NCBI GenBank assembly: GCA_963798845.1 | Contig: CAWCUS010000001.1 | Location: forward strand, 512,001 to 576,000 | Reading direction: 5' to 3' | DNA length: 64,000 nt | Origin: an uncultured Gemmatimonadales bacterium | GTDB taxonomy: Bacteria > Gemmatimonadota > Gemmatimonadetes > Longimicrobiales > RSA9 | Shown: positions 56,339 to 64,000 of the stretch, piece after piece | Numbering within the stretch: the stretch's first letter is position 1 | How the letters are laid out: every line of letters begins with the position of its first letter | The notes under the pieces: generated by a model | The model's input: only the letters and a program-made list of their open reading frames with translations | The model's database searches: none | What the model was told of the DNA's origin: nothing | Position numbers and translations under genes: made by a program

Positions 56339-56770
56339 ATGCGCGTCATGGTGATCGTGAAGGCGAACGAGGAGTCCGAGGCGGGGGTCATGCCGAGCAC
56401 GGAGCTTCTCACCGAGATGGGCACCTACAACGAGGAGCTGGTGAAAGCCGGCGTGATGCTCGCGGGCGAGGGGCTCGCGGCGAGCTCGGAAGGCAAGCGG
56501 ATCCGCTTCGAAGGCGCGAAGCGGACGGTCGTCGACGGACCGTTCGCCGAGACCAAGGAGCTGATCGCGGGATACTGGATCTGGCAGGTCCGCTCGATGG
56601 ACGAGGCGGTGGAGTGGCTGAAGCGTGCGCCGTTCGACGGCGGCACGGAAGTCGAGATCCGGCGCATCTTCGGGGTCGACGACTTCGGGGAGGAGCTCAC
56701 GCCCGAGCTCCGAGAGCAGGAGAAGCGGGTGGGGGCGCAGGCGTCCGAGAACGCGAAGAAGAACGGGTGA
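56339..56770 (+). CDS. YciI/DGPF family protein
   Basis: AGVMLAGEGL, VVDGPFAETKELIAGYW and EIR. Confidence 0.93.
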   Translation: MRVMVIVKANEESEAGVMPSTELLTEMGTYNEELVKAGVMLAGEGLAASSEGKRIRFEGAKRTVVDGPFAETKELIAGYWIWQVRSMDEAVEWLKRAPFDGGTEVEIRRIFGVDDFGEELTPELREQEKRVGAQASENAKKNG

Positions 56771-58038
56771 GCGAGGCTGCGGCGCGCGAGGCGATCGACG
56801 CGGTCTGGCGGATCGAGTCTGCCAGGCTCATCGCCGGGCTCACCCGCATGGTGGGCGACCTCGGCATGGCCGAGGACCTGGCGCAGGACGCGCTGGTCGT
56901 GGCGCTGGAGAAGTGGCCGGAGTCGGGCGTCCCGGACAACCCGGGCGCCTGGCTCATGGCCACGGCCAAGCACCGGGCGCTGGACCATTTCCGCAGATCG
57001 AAGATGCTCGACCGCCGACACGGAGACCTGGCGCGACGCCTCGAGGCCGACGAGCGCGATGCCGGTAGCGAGCTGGACGCGGCCATCGACGACTTCATCG
57101 GAGACGACCTGCTCCGCCTGATCTTCACCACGTGTCACCCCGTGCTGGCGCGGGAGTCCCGGGTTGCGCTCACCCTCCGCCTGCTCGGCGGGCTCACCAG
57201 CGAGGAGATCGCCCGCGCCTTCCTGGTTCCGGTGAAGACGCTCCAGCAGCGGATCGTGCGCGCGAAGCGCACGCTCCGTGAGGCTCGCATCCCGTTCGAG
57301 GTGCCGCCGCCGGAGGAGGCGGGCGAGCGTCTCGAATCCGTGCTCGAGGTCGTCTACCTCGTCTTCAACGAGGGCTACACCGCCACGGCCGGGGAGGACT
57401 GGATCCGGCCGTCGCTCTGCGAGGAGGCGCTCCGCCTCGGACGCATCCTGGCCGAGCTGGCGCCGGGCGAGCCCGAGGTGCACGGCCTGGTGGCGCTCAT
57501 GGAGATCCAGGCCTCGCGCCTGGGCGCGCGGCGGAGGGCCGGGGGCGAGCCGGTCCTGCTGATGGACCAGGACCGCGCTCGCTGGGACCACCTCCTCATC
57601 CGACGCGGCCTCGCCGCTCTGGACCGGGCCGCAGCCCTCGATCGGCCGCTCGGGCCCTACTGGCTCCAGGGGGCGATCGCGGCGTGCCACGCCCGGGCCC
57701 CCAGGCCCGAGGACACGGACTGGGACCGCATCGTGGCGCTCTACGACGCGCTCGCGCAGGTCGCCCCGTCGCCGGTGGTCGAGCTGAACCGGGCCGTCGC
57801 CGTGGGCATGGCGTTCGGCCCCGAGGCCGGGCTCGACCTGGTCGACGAGCTCGCCGCCGAGCCGGCGCTCGAAGGCTACCACTGGCTCCCGAGCGTGCGC
57901 GCCGACCTGCTGTCCAGGCTCGGCCGCTACGGCGAAGCCCGGGTGGAGCTGGAGCGCGCCGCTTCGCTGGCGAGGAACGTCCAGGAGCGAACGCTCCTCC
58001 TCGACCGCGCCCACGGACTGCGCGTGCACGAGGCGTGA
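56767..58038 (+). CDS. ECF sigma factor with a TPR C-terminal extension (ECF42-like)
   Basis: AEDLAQDA, PDNPGAWL, LRLIFTTCHP, YLVFNEGY, DQDRARWD and SPVVELNRAVA. Confidence 0.93.
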   Translation: MSEAAAREAIDAVWRIESARLIAGLTRMVGDLGMAEDLAQDALVVALEKWPESGVPDNPGAWLMATAKHRALDHFRRSKMLDRRHGDLARRLEADERDAGSELDAAIDDFIGDDLLRLIFTTCHPVLARESRVALTLRLLGGLTSEEIARAFLVPVKTLQQRIVRAKRTLREARIPFEVPPPEEAGERLESVLEVVYLVFNEGYTATAGEDWIRPSLCEEALRLGRILAELAPGEPEVHGLVALMEIQASRLGARRRAGGEPVLLMDQDRARWDHLLIRRGLAALDRAAALDRPLGPYWLQGAIAACHARAPRPEDTDWDRIVALYDALAQVAPSPVVELNRAVAVGMAFGPEAGLDLVDELAAEPALEGYHWLPSVRADLLSRLGRYGEARVELERAASLARNVQERTLLLDRAHGLRVHEA

Positions 58039-58134
58039 CATTGGTCGCCGCTCCCTGTCGATCCGCGCCCGCGTGACGGGACCCACGTGCGATTGCCGTC
58101 ATTTCGCCCGCGGCCTCGCGCGAGTGAGCGGCGT

Positions 58135-58867
58135 TCAGGCCTCATCCGTCAACGCGTGACGAAAGCCCTGCCGCCAGCTCTTCCACGCGGGCTGCCAGTC
58201 CAGCTGGGCCCTCGCTTTCGCGTTCGACGACCCTCGACCCTCCGTCAGCCAGCGCGCGACGGCCTCGCCTGCGGCCAGCCGCCCCAGCCACACCGGCACG
58301 CGGAACGGTGGCTTCGCCCCGACGGCGGCGGCCATCCAGGGTAGCCACTCCGACTCGGGAGCGGGGTCGTCGTCGACGATGTTGTAGACGCCTCGCTTTC
58401 CCCGTTCCAGCGCGGCCACCGTCGCCGCCGCGGCGTCGTCCAGGTGGATCCACGACCACACGCCGGTCCCGCCCCCGACGATCGGAAACTGCCGCTTCCG
58501 GACCAGCTCGACGAGCGGCTCCGACGCGCCCGGTCCGTAGAAGTTGCCGTAGCGGAGCACGATCCCCTCCAGGGGCGCGGCCAGCACCGCATCCTCGAGG
58601 AACCGGATCGCCGCGAGCGTCTCCCTCTGGGCCTTCGCCGGTTCGGGCTCGAGAGGGTCGTCCTCGCTCTTCACCGGACCGCCGGTGCGGGGATTCGGCG
58701 GCTGCGTCCAGGCCATCGACGACGACCACGTCGGCCCCGAGAGCCCGGAGATCGTCGATCTTGCCGCGGCTCCGTGTCGTCGCGGTCACCTGATGGCCTC
58801 GCTCGATCAGTTGCGGCACCAGCGTCCGCCCGATCGCTCCGCTCGCTCCTGCCAGGAATGCGTGCAT
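58135..58867 (-). pseudogene. NAD-dependent epimerase/dehydratase with an internal deletion and frameshift
   Basis: AGASGAIG Rossmann start up to DGLDAAA, then an abrupt jump in another frame to GGPVKSEDDPL...LRYGNFYGPG...SWIHLDDAA. Confidence 0.8.
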
Positions 58868-59028
58868 GTCGAGCCTCCCTCCACCACGGCTTCGTCTTCG
58901 TCCTTTCCATCACCCCCGGCACGTTTGGCCCGGCCCGGTTGGGACGCGGGCCGCAGGTTCCGGGACGCGGCCGCTCTGCCGGAGCGCACGCAGCACGGGC
59001 GCACGCGAGTGAACCGCCAGCAGAAACC

Positions 59029-59472
59029 TCAGCTCACCGCCCGCTTCACCAGCGCCGAGATCCTCTTCTCATCCGCGGCGGTGAGCTTCGTCAGCGCGAA
59101 TGAAGTCGGCCACATGTGGCCCTCGTCCAGGCTCGCCGCGTCATTGAAGCCGAATGTGGCGTAGCGCTCCTTGAACTTGTGCGCGGGTTTGAAGAAGCAG
59201 ATGACCTTGCCGTCCCGCGCCCAGGCGGGCATGCCGTACCAGGTTTTCGGCGACAGCCCCGGCGCGCTGGCCATGACGATCGCATGCAGCCGCTCGGCCA
59301 TGACGCGATCCGGCTCCGCCAGCTCCGCGATCTTGGCGAGCAGGTCCTGCTCCCCGTTCGCCTTCCCTTTCTTACCGCCCTTCTCCGCCTTCAGCTCACG
59401 CGCGCGGTCCTTCATGGCGGCGCGTTCCTCGGCGGTGAAACCAGCGGACGTCTTCTTCCTCGCTGCCATCAT
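59029..59472 (-). CDS. DUF1801/YdhG-like protein
   Basis: GFTAEERAAMK, PKTWYGMPAW, FKERYATFGF and MWPTSFAL; ATGA-coupled to the sigma gene. Confidence 0.85.
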   Translation of the reverse strand: MMAARKKTSAGFTAEERAAMKDRARELKAEKGGKKGKANGEQDLLAKIAELAEPDRVMAERLHAIVMASAPGLSPKTWYGMPAWARDGKVICFFKPAHKFKERYATFGFNDAASLDEGHMWPTSFALTKLTAADEKRISALVKRAVS

Positions 59473-60353
59473 CCCTCCTTGTGAAATTCGAGCTCCTCCA
59501 GTGCCAGCGCCGCGAGCGCGTCGCGGTCCGCCACGGCGTCCAGGGCCGTGATCCTCCCGCCAACGATCGCGAGCTTGACCACGAGCAGCATGCGCCCCTT
59601 CACCGGCACCAGGATCCCGACCTCGCCGTCGATGAGGCCGGGAACGGCCGCGCTCGCGCGCCCGATGAAGAACTCCGCCACGCCGCCCGCACCCTGATGC
59701 TCGGCCGGGCCGCCCATCCGGATGCCCTGGGCGTCGCACCGAAAGACGACATCGGGATCGAGCACCGCCACCAGCGCCTCGAAGTCACCGGCTTTCGCGG
59801 CTGCGATGAAGGCTTCGACGACCTCACGCTTGCGATGCCGGTCGAGATCCGATGGCGATGCGCCCTGGATGCGACGCCTTGCACGACTGGCCAGCTGCCG
59901 CGCGGCCGCGGGCGTCCGTCCGACGACGGGGGCGATGTCATCGAACGGCAGGTCGAACATGTCGTGGAGCACGAACGCCACGCGCTCCGCCGGGTTCAGC
60001 GTCTCCAGAACCACCAGCAGGGCCAGCCCGACCGCGTCCGCAAGCTCGGTCTCCTCCTCCGGGTTCCGTTCATGACGCCGGCCGCCCGCGGGTTCGGGTT
60101 CGTCGAACCACAACGCCTCTTCCCGCCGTGACCGCCGGGCGCGCAGCATGTCCAGGCAGACACGTCCCACGATCGTGGTCATCCAGCCGCCGAGATTGTC
60201 CACTCCATCGGCCCCGGCACGGCTCATTCGCAGCCACGCCTCCTGAACGGCATCGTCCGCCTCGGCGGCCGAGCCGAGCATGCGGTAGGCGACGCCCTGC
60301 AGATGGGTTCGCTGCGTCTCGAACCGCCGGGCCAGCAATTCTCGTTCATCCAT
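59469..60353 (-). CDS. ECF sigma factor with a SnoaL-like C-terminal extension (ECF41/SigJ-like)
   Basis: AYRMLGS..ADDAVQEAWLR, ERVAFVLHDMF, RQLASRARRR and GDFEALVAVLDPDVV. Confidence 0.92.
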   Translation of the reverse strand: MDERELLARRFETQRTHLQGVAYRMLGSAAEADDAVQEAWLRMSRAGADGVDNLGGWMTTIVGRVCLDMLRARRSRREEALWFDEPEPAGGRRHERNPEEETELADAVGLALLVVLETLNPAERVAFVLHDMFDLPFDDIAPVVGRTPAAARQLASRARRRIQGASPSDLDRHRKREVVEAFIAAAKAGDFEALVAVLDPDVVFRCDAQGIRMGGPAEHQGAGGVAEFFIGRASAAVPGLIDGEVGILVPVKGRMLLVVKLAIVGGRITALDAVADRDALAALALEELEFHKEG

Positions 60354-60465
60354 CGGTTGCACTCACTCCCTGCCATCCATTCTCACCCGGGCTCCACGCC
60401 GCGACGTCTCGCTCATGCCGTTTCCTCCTTGAATCTCTGGCCGGACGCTGCGTCCTCGACAGGTT

Positions 60466-60492
60466 GACGGATCGAACCCGAAAATTGTGACC
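60466..60492 (-). promoter_or_regulatory. ECF41-type promoter
   Basis: Minus strand GGTCACA-N16-CGTC versus the ECF41 consensus TGTCACA-N16-CGTC. Confidence 0.7.
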
Positions 60493-60805
60493 GCACAAGA
60501 AATGGCGCTGGCCAAGGTGGCAGCGGGAAGCGGGGAGCTCGCGTCGCATCCCTGGTCCCTACGATCCTGCGCCCGGCCAGGCGCCCCGGGTGGCCGGCTT
60601 CCTGCGGCGCGCCAATTCGGGTGTGTCAACCCGGCGTCATACCCGTGGAGGCGGATGCGCGCGATGGCGGCGGCCGGAGAGCGGGCCGCGAGGCGGGCCG
60701 GACTCGGGTCGCAGCGATGCTCGACTACGTGTTCGCGACCAGCGCGTCGTACGGATGCGGGCGACGGGGAGGAAGGAGGAGCGACGGTCGACCGGAGCGG
60801 CAAGC

Positions 60806-61228
60806 ATGAAACCCAGAGTGACCGTAATCACCATCGGTGTGGACGACCTGGAGCGAGCGGTGCGCTTCTACCGCGATGGCCTCGGCCTCGAGACCGAGGG
60901 GATCATGGGCAGGGAGTTCGAATACGGGGCCGTCGCGTTCTTCGACCTGGAGGGCGGATCGCGACTGGCGCTCTGGCCTCGCCGGAGCATCGCTCACGAC
61001 AGTGGTCTCCCCCTGAGCGGCCCGAGCCCGACCGAGTTCACGCTCGGCCATAACGTACGCTCAGAGGCAGAGGTCGACGCCGCGATGGAGCAGGCCAGGA
61101 AGGCGGGCGCAGTGATCGTGAAGCCGGCCGCCAAGACATTTTGGGGTGGCTACGCGGGTTACTTCCAGGATCCGGATCAGCACCTGTGGGAGGTTGTGTG
61201 GAACCCACAGGTTCTGCCCGACGAGTGA
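60806..61228 (+). CDS. VOC/glyoxalase family protein
   Basis: ITIGVDDLERAVRFY, LGHNV and FWGGYAGYFQDPDQHLWEV. Confidence 0.93.
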   Translation: MKPRVTVITIGVDDLERAVRFYRDGLGLETEGIMGREFEYGAVAFFDLEGGSRLALWPRRSIAHDSGLPLSGPSPTEFTLGHNVRSEAEVDAAMEQARKAGAVIVKPAAKTFWGGYAGYFQDPDQHLWEVVWNPQVLPDE

Positions 61229-61250
61229 CGCGCGGCGGCCGCGAGCTCGG

Positions 61251-61754
61251 CTACGTCCGCGGAATTTCACGAACCGTCGACTGCCCCTGGTCCGGAAGCG
61301 GTGCACCGCTCAGGCCCAGCCGCTTCAGGATCGCCGCCTCGTCGTCCTCCACCAGGTGGAAATCGGCCCGGAGCTGGTCGGGGATCGGCTGCGGGCGCCC
61401 GGTCCGGAGATCGACGAAGACCCAGAGCGTCTCGGCGCGGGCGACCACTCGGCGGTCCCGCTCGCGCCAGAAGAGGTAGCGGCGCGTGGAGCGGCTGGCG
61501 CCCAGGTCCGCCACCCACGTGGCGAGGTGGAGGGCGTCGCCCTCGTAGGCGGGCCGCAGGTACTCCACGAAATGGGAGCGAACCACCCACGTGGCGCCGA
61601 TGCCGAAGTAGCGCTCCATGGGCCATCCCCTCGCCGCGGAGTGCGCCACGGCCACCTCCTGCATCCAGCGCAGGTAAGCCGTGTTGTTCACGTGGCGGTT
61701 CTCGTCGATCGCGTCCGCCGCGACTTCGATGGGGATGGCGTGGATGGCCGGCAT
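61251..61754 (-). CDS. 4HBT/YbgC-like acyl-CoA thioesterase
   Basis: IDENRHVNNTAYL, WVVRSHFVEYLRPA and TLWVFVD. Confidence 0.9.
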   Translation of the reverse strand: MPAIHAIPIEVAADAIDENRHVNNTAYLRWMQEVAVAHSAARGWPMERYFGIGATWVVRSHFVEYLRPAYEGDALHLATWVADLGASRSTRRYLFWRERDRRVVARAETLWVFVDLRTGRPQPIPDQLRADFHLVEDDEAAILKRLGLSGAPLPDQGQSTVREIPRT

Positions 61755-61805
61755 GGTGGCGGGAGAGTAGGGGCGCCGCGGGAAGCGATCAAGCGCCCTC
61801 GATGG

Positions 61806-61837
61806 AAAAAGGGCCCCGCCCGGAGGCGGGACCCTTT
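61806..61837 (-). terminator. Intrinsic terminator
   Basis: Minus strand AAAGGGTCCCGCC-TCCG-GGCGGGGCCC-TTTTT directly after the large secreted gene. Confidence 0.85.
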
Positions 61838-61869
61838 CCCGTTTACGGCTCTTCGATCAGCGCGGCGGC

Positions 61870-64000
61870 TTAGCTGCCGGCTACGATCGTGAGGTTGGAG
61901 TTCGGGTTCGACATGAGCGCGTCACCGTTGTTGTCCACGCCGACGGCGAAGACCGGAACGCCGGCCTGCGTATCCAGGCCTGCCGCGTCGAACGTGGCGT
62001 TGTACTTCCACGTGCGGGTCGTCCCGTCATCGGACGTCGACACGCTGGAAGCGGTCCCGATCAGGTGGTACTCGGCCCCGTCCCAATAGTAGAAGTAGAC
62101 CTTCGAGAACGGGTTGTCGAACGTCCCCGTCTCGCCATTTGCGTACGCAGTGATCGTACGGGTCGTGGGCGTCGTGCCGCAGTCACCGTCGTCGTTGCAC
62201 ACGTTCTGAGCGGCCGACGGAATGGCGACCGCAAACGTGTTGGTGGCGTCGAGCGCGTCCACGCCGTCGCTCGCCGGAACCGTGGAGAACGCCTGCGACT
62301 GGGTCGTGGCGTTGCCGACCATGTCCTCGACCAGGTAGCGGACGTCCGTCACCGCGTGCATGTTCGCGGCGGCGTAGGCGTTGCCCGCATCCACCCAGTA
62401 CAGCGCGCGGATGAACGGGATCGCCTCGTTCAGCGAAACGCTCGTGGTGAACGTGTCGTAGCCGTACGTGCCATAGTCCGAGCCAGGCCCGAACCAGAGC
62501 TCATCCAGGCCCGTGGTGGGCGTGGCGCCGTTGAACACCAGGCGGGCCTGCGCCGACGCCACGTCGATGTTGTCACCGCCGAGCGCCGTGAACGTGGTGC
62601 TCGCGCCACCGGTCAGCGTGGCCGGAATCGCGATGTTGCTCAGCGTCGGGACGCTCGTGTCGAGCAGCGTCACGCGCGACAGCGTCGCGGACATGTTGCC
62701 CGCCTGATCCTGCGAGAACACGTTCAGCACGTAGTAGCCGTCAGCGGCCGGACCGGCGACGGTGCCGGCGTTGGTCACGTACTGGCAGCCCTTGCTCGAG
62801 CTGTACGAGCCGACCACGCAGCCGGCCGAAGCGCTCAGGCTCGGGAAGTGCCGGACCACCGTGACGTGGTACTGCATGCCGTCGAAGCCGCTGATGTCAT
62901 CCGTCGAGCTGAACACCCAGTTGGCCAGCGGAGACGTATCGAAGCCGCTCATGTCCTTCGGGCCCGACTCGATCTTGACCGTCGGAGCCACCAGGTCCAC
63001 ACCGAACGCGTTGTCCAGCAGCGTGTTCGGGGTGATGAGCAGGACGTAGCTCGTGTTCTCGAGCGCGTCCATCACAACCGCTGCGGCCATGTACGTCGTG
63101 TTGACGTCGGAAGCCGGGATCTCGGAACCGGCCTCCACGGCCGTGCCCTCGTCGGCGATCTGCATGGCCTGCTCGACCGTCGTGCCAGCGTCGACGTCGG
63201 CCGCGTCCATGTAGAAGAACTGGACGGTGACGTTGTCCACGCCCGCGTCGTCCTCGGCATCCTTGCCGTCGGCGAACGCGTAGTCACCGTTGATCCACGC
63301 GTTGCTGGAAGGCGTGACCAGGTCGAGCGTGCCGGCGTCCGGAGCCTCGGTGTCGAGGCGGATCGCCTCTGTCCAGTCGTTCTCGCCCTGCTGTCCGCCC
63401 TCGGTCACGCTCGTGACGTAGACCTGCCAGGAGGAATCCGTGACGTCGCCGATGCCATCGGCAGCGTCGGTGGCGTCGAACGTGGCGGAGAAGCCATCGC
63501 TGCCATCTTCATCCGTGATGGCGTCGCCGTCATCCGGGTTGAAGGTGACGCGCGCGATCGCCATGTCGCCACCGGAGTAGCTGACCGGGATTCCCGTCAC
63601 CGTGACGTCGCCGCCGTTCCACACCAGGCCGGTGTTCTCGTTGATCGCGTCGCGCTCGGACGTGATCGTCGTGGCGATGAAGTCGTCGTTGTTGAACGTG
63701 AGGCCGGCGCGGGAAGCCGCGTCCACGACCTCGCCGTCCTTCGACAGCTGGGCCTTGATGGTGTACTCCCCGTTCGCGTAGTTCGGCACGCCGTAGCCGT
63801 CCACGACGTCGAACGAACCCGTGTTGATCGAGCAGACCACCTCGGCCTGCGCGCCCACCATGCGGATCGAGAGACCATCGACCGTGATCGCGCCCGTGGC
63901 GCCGAACGTCTGCGTGCAGCTCGAAACCGGCTCGTCGTTGAGCAGGACCTCGAGCTTGTCCGCATCCGCGCGGTCGACCGCGAGGGAGATGTCGATCTGG
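61870..64000 (-). CDS. Large acidic, Thr/Gly/Asp-rich secreted or surface protein (5' end outside the window)
   Basis: Frame is open to the window edge (QIDISLAVDRADAD...); Ig-like D..GN and DT..P motifs; paired Cys. Confidence 0.8.
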   Translation of the reverse strand, partial: QIDISLAVDRADADKLEVLLNDEPVSSCTQTFGATGAITVDGLSIRMVGAQAEVVCSINTGSFDVVDGYGVPNYANGEYTIKAQLSKDGEVVDAASRAGLTFNNDDFIATTITSERDAINENTGLVWNGGDVTVTGIPVSYSGGDMAIARVTFNPDDGDAITDEDGSDGFSATFDATDAADGIGDVTDSSWQVYVTSVTEGGQQGENDWTEAIRLDTEAPDAGTLDLVTPSSNAWINGDYAFADGKDAEDDAGVDNVTVQFFYMDAADVDAGTTVEQAMQIADEGTAVEAGSEIPASDVNTTYMAAAVVMDALENTSYVLLITPNTLLDNAFGVDLVAPTVKIESGPKDMSGFDTSPLANWVFSSTDDISGFDGMQYHVTVVRHFPSLSASAGCVVGSYSSSKGCQYVTNAGTVAGPAADGYYVLNVFSQDQAGNMSATLSRVTLLDTSVPTLSNIAIPATLTGGASTTFTALGGDNIDVASAQARLVFNGATPTTGLDELWFGPGSDYGTYGYDTFTTSVSLNEAIPFIRALYWVDAGNAYAAANMHAVTDVRYLVEDMVGNATTQSQAFSTVPASDGVDALDATNTFAVAIPSAAQNVCNDDGDCGTTPTTRTITAYANGETGTFDNPFSKVYFYYWDGAEYHLIGTASSVSTSDDGTTRTWKYNATFDAAGLDTQAGVPVFAVGVDNNGDALMSNPNSNLTIVAGS

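Noticed and set aside
55870..61800. tRNA-anchored genomic island
   Set aside because: There is no integrase and no duplicated tRNA 3' end. The accessory genes lie on the 5' side of the tRNA.

Overview
A very GC-rich bacterial chromosomal segment, probably Gemmatimonadota (inference from the PadR/duplicated orphan permease pair, gene content and GC level). Housekeeping genes recognised: trpS, queD, priA, carB, nth, polX, glyQS, mlaDFE, lspA, rho and tRNA-Ala(TGC). Accessory blocks: a glucoamylase plus pentose-phosphate operon (18.1-27.3 kb), a two-component system/PepSY/YncE/TolC-MFP-RND module (27.5-37.6 kb), an HUH (RAYT-like) nuclease gene between 25-bp inverted repeats (37.7-38.8 kb), and an ECF sigma-factor cluster with recognisable cognate promoters (56.2-61.2 kb). 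The window ends inside a large secreted acidic protein. Best leads: (1) a palindromic element with 9-bp periodic arms sitting in-frame inside carB; (2) the inverted-repeat-bounded RAYT and a separate 49-bp palindromic tandem repeat carrying tRNA T-loop-like motifs; (3) a PolX lacking two catalytic Asp residues, coupled to an unknown protein, Nth, YyaL and an HD hydrolase; (4) a Rieske-fold protein lacking both His ligands; (5) an orphan GvpL/F gene; (6) 11-bp-spaced OmpR-type boxes between the PepSY and YncE genes. Four frameshifts in GC-rich contexts may be assembly errors. No CRISPR array, rRNA or integrase is visible. All family calls come from motif recognition by eye, not from database searches.
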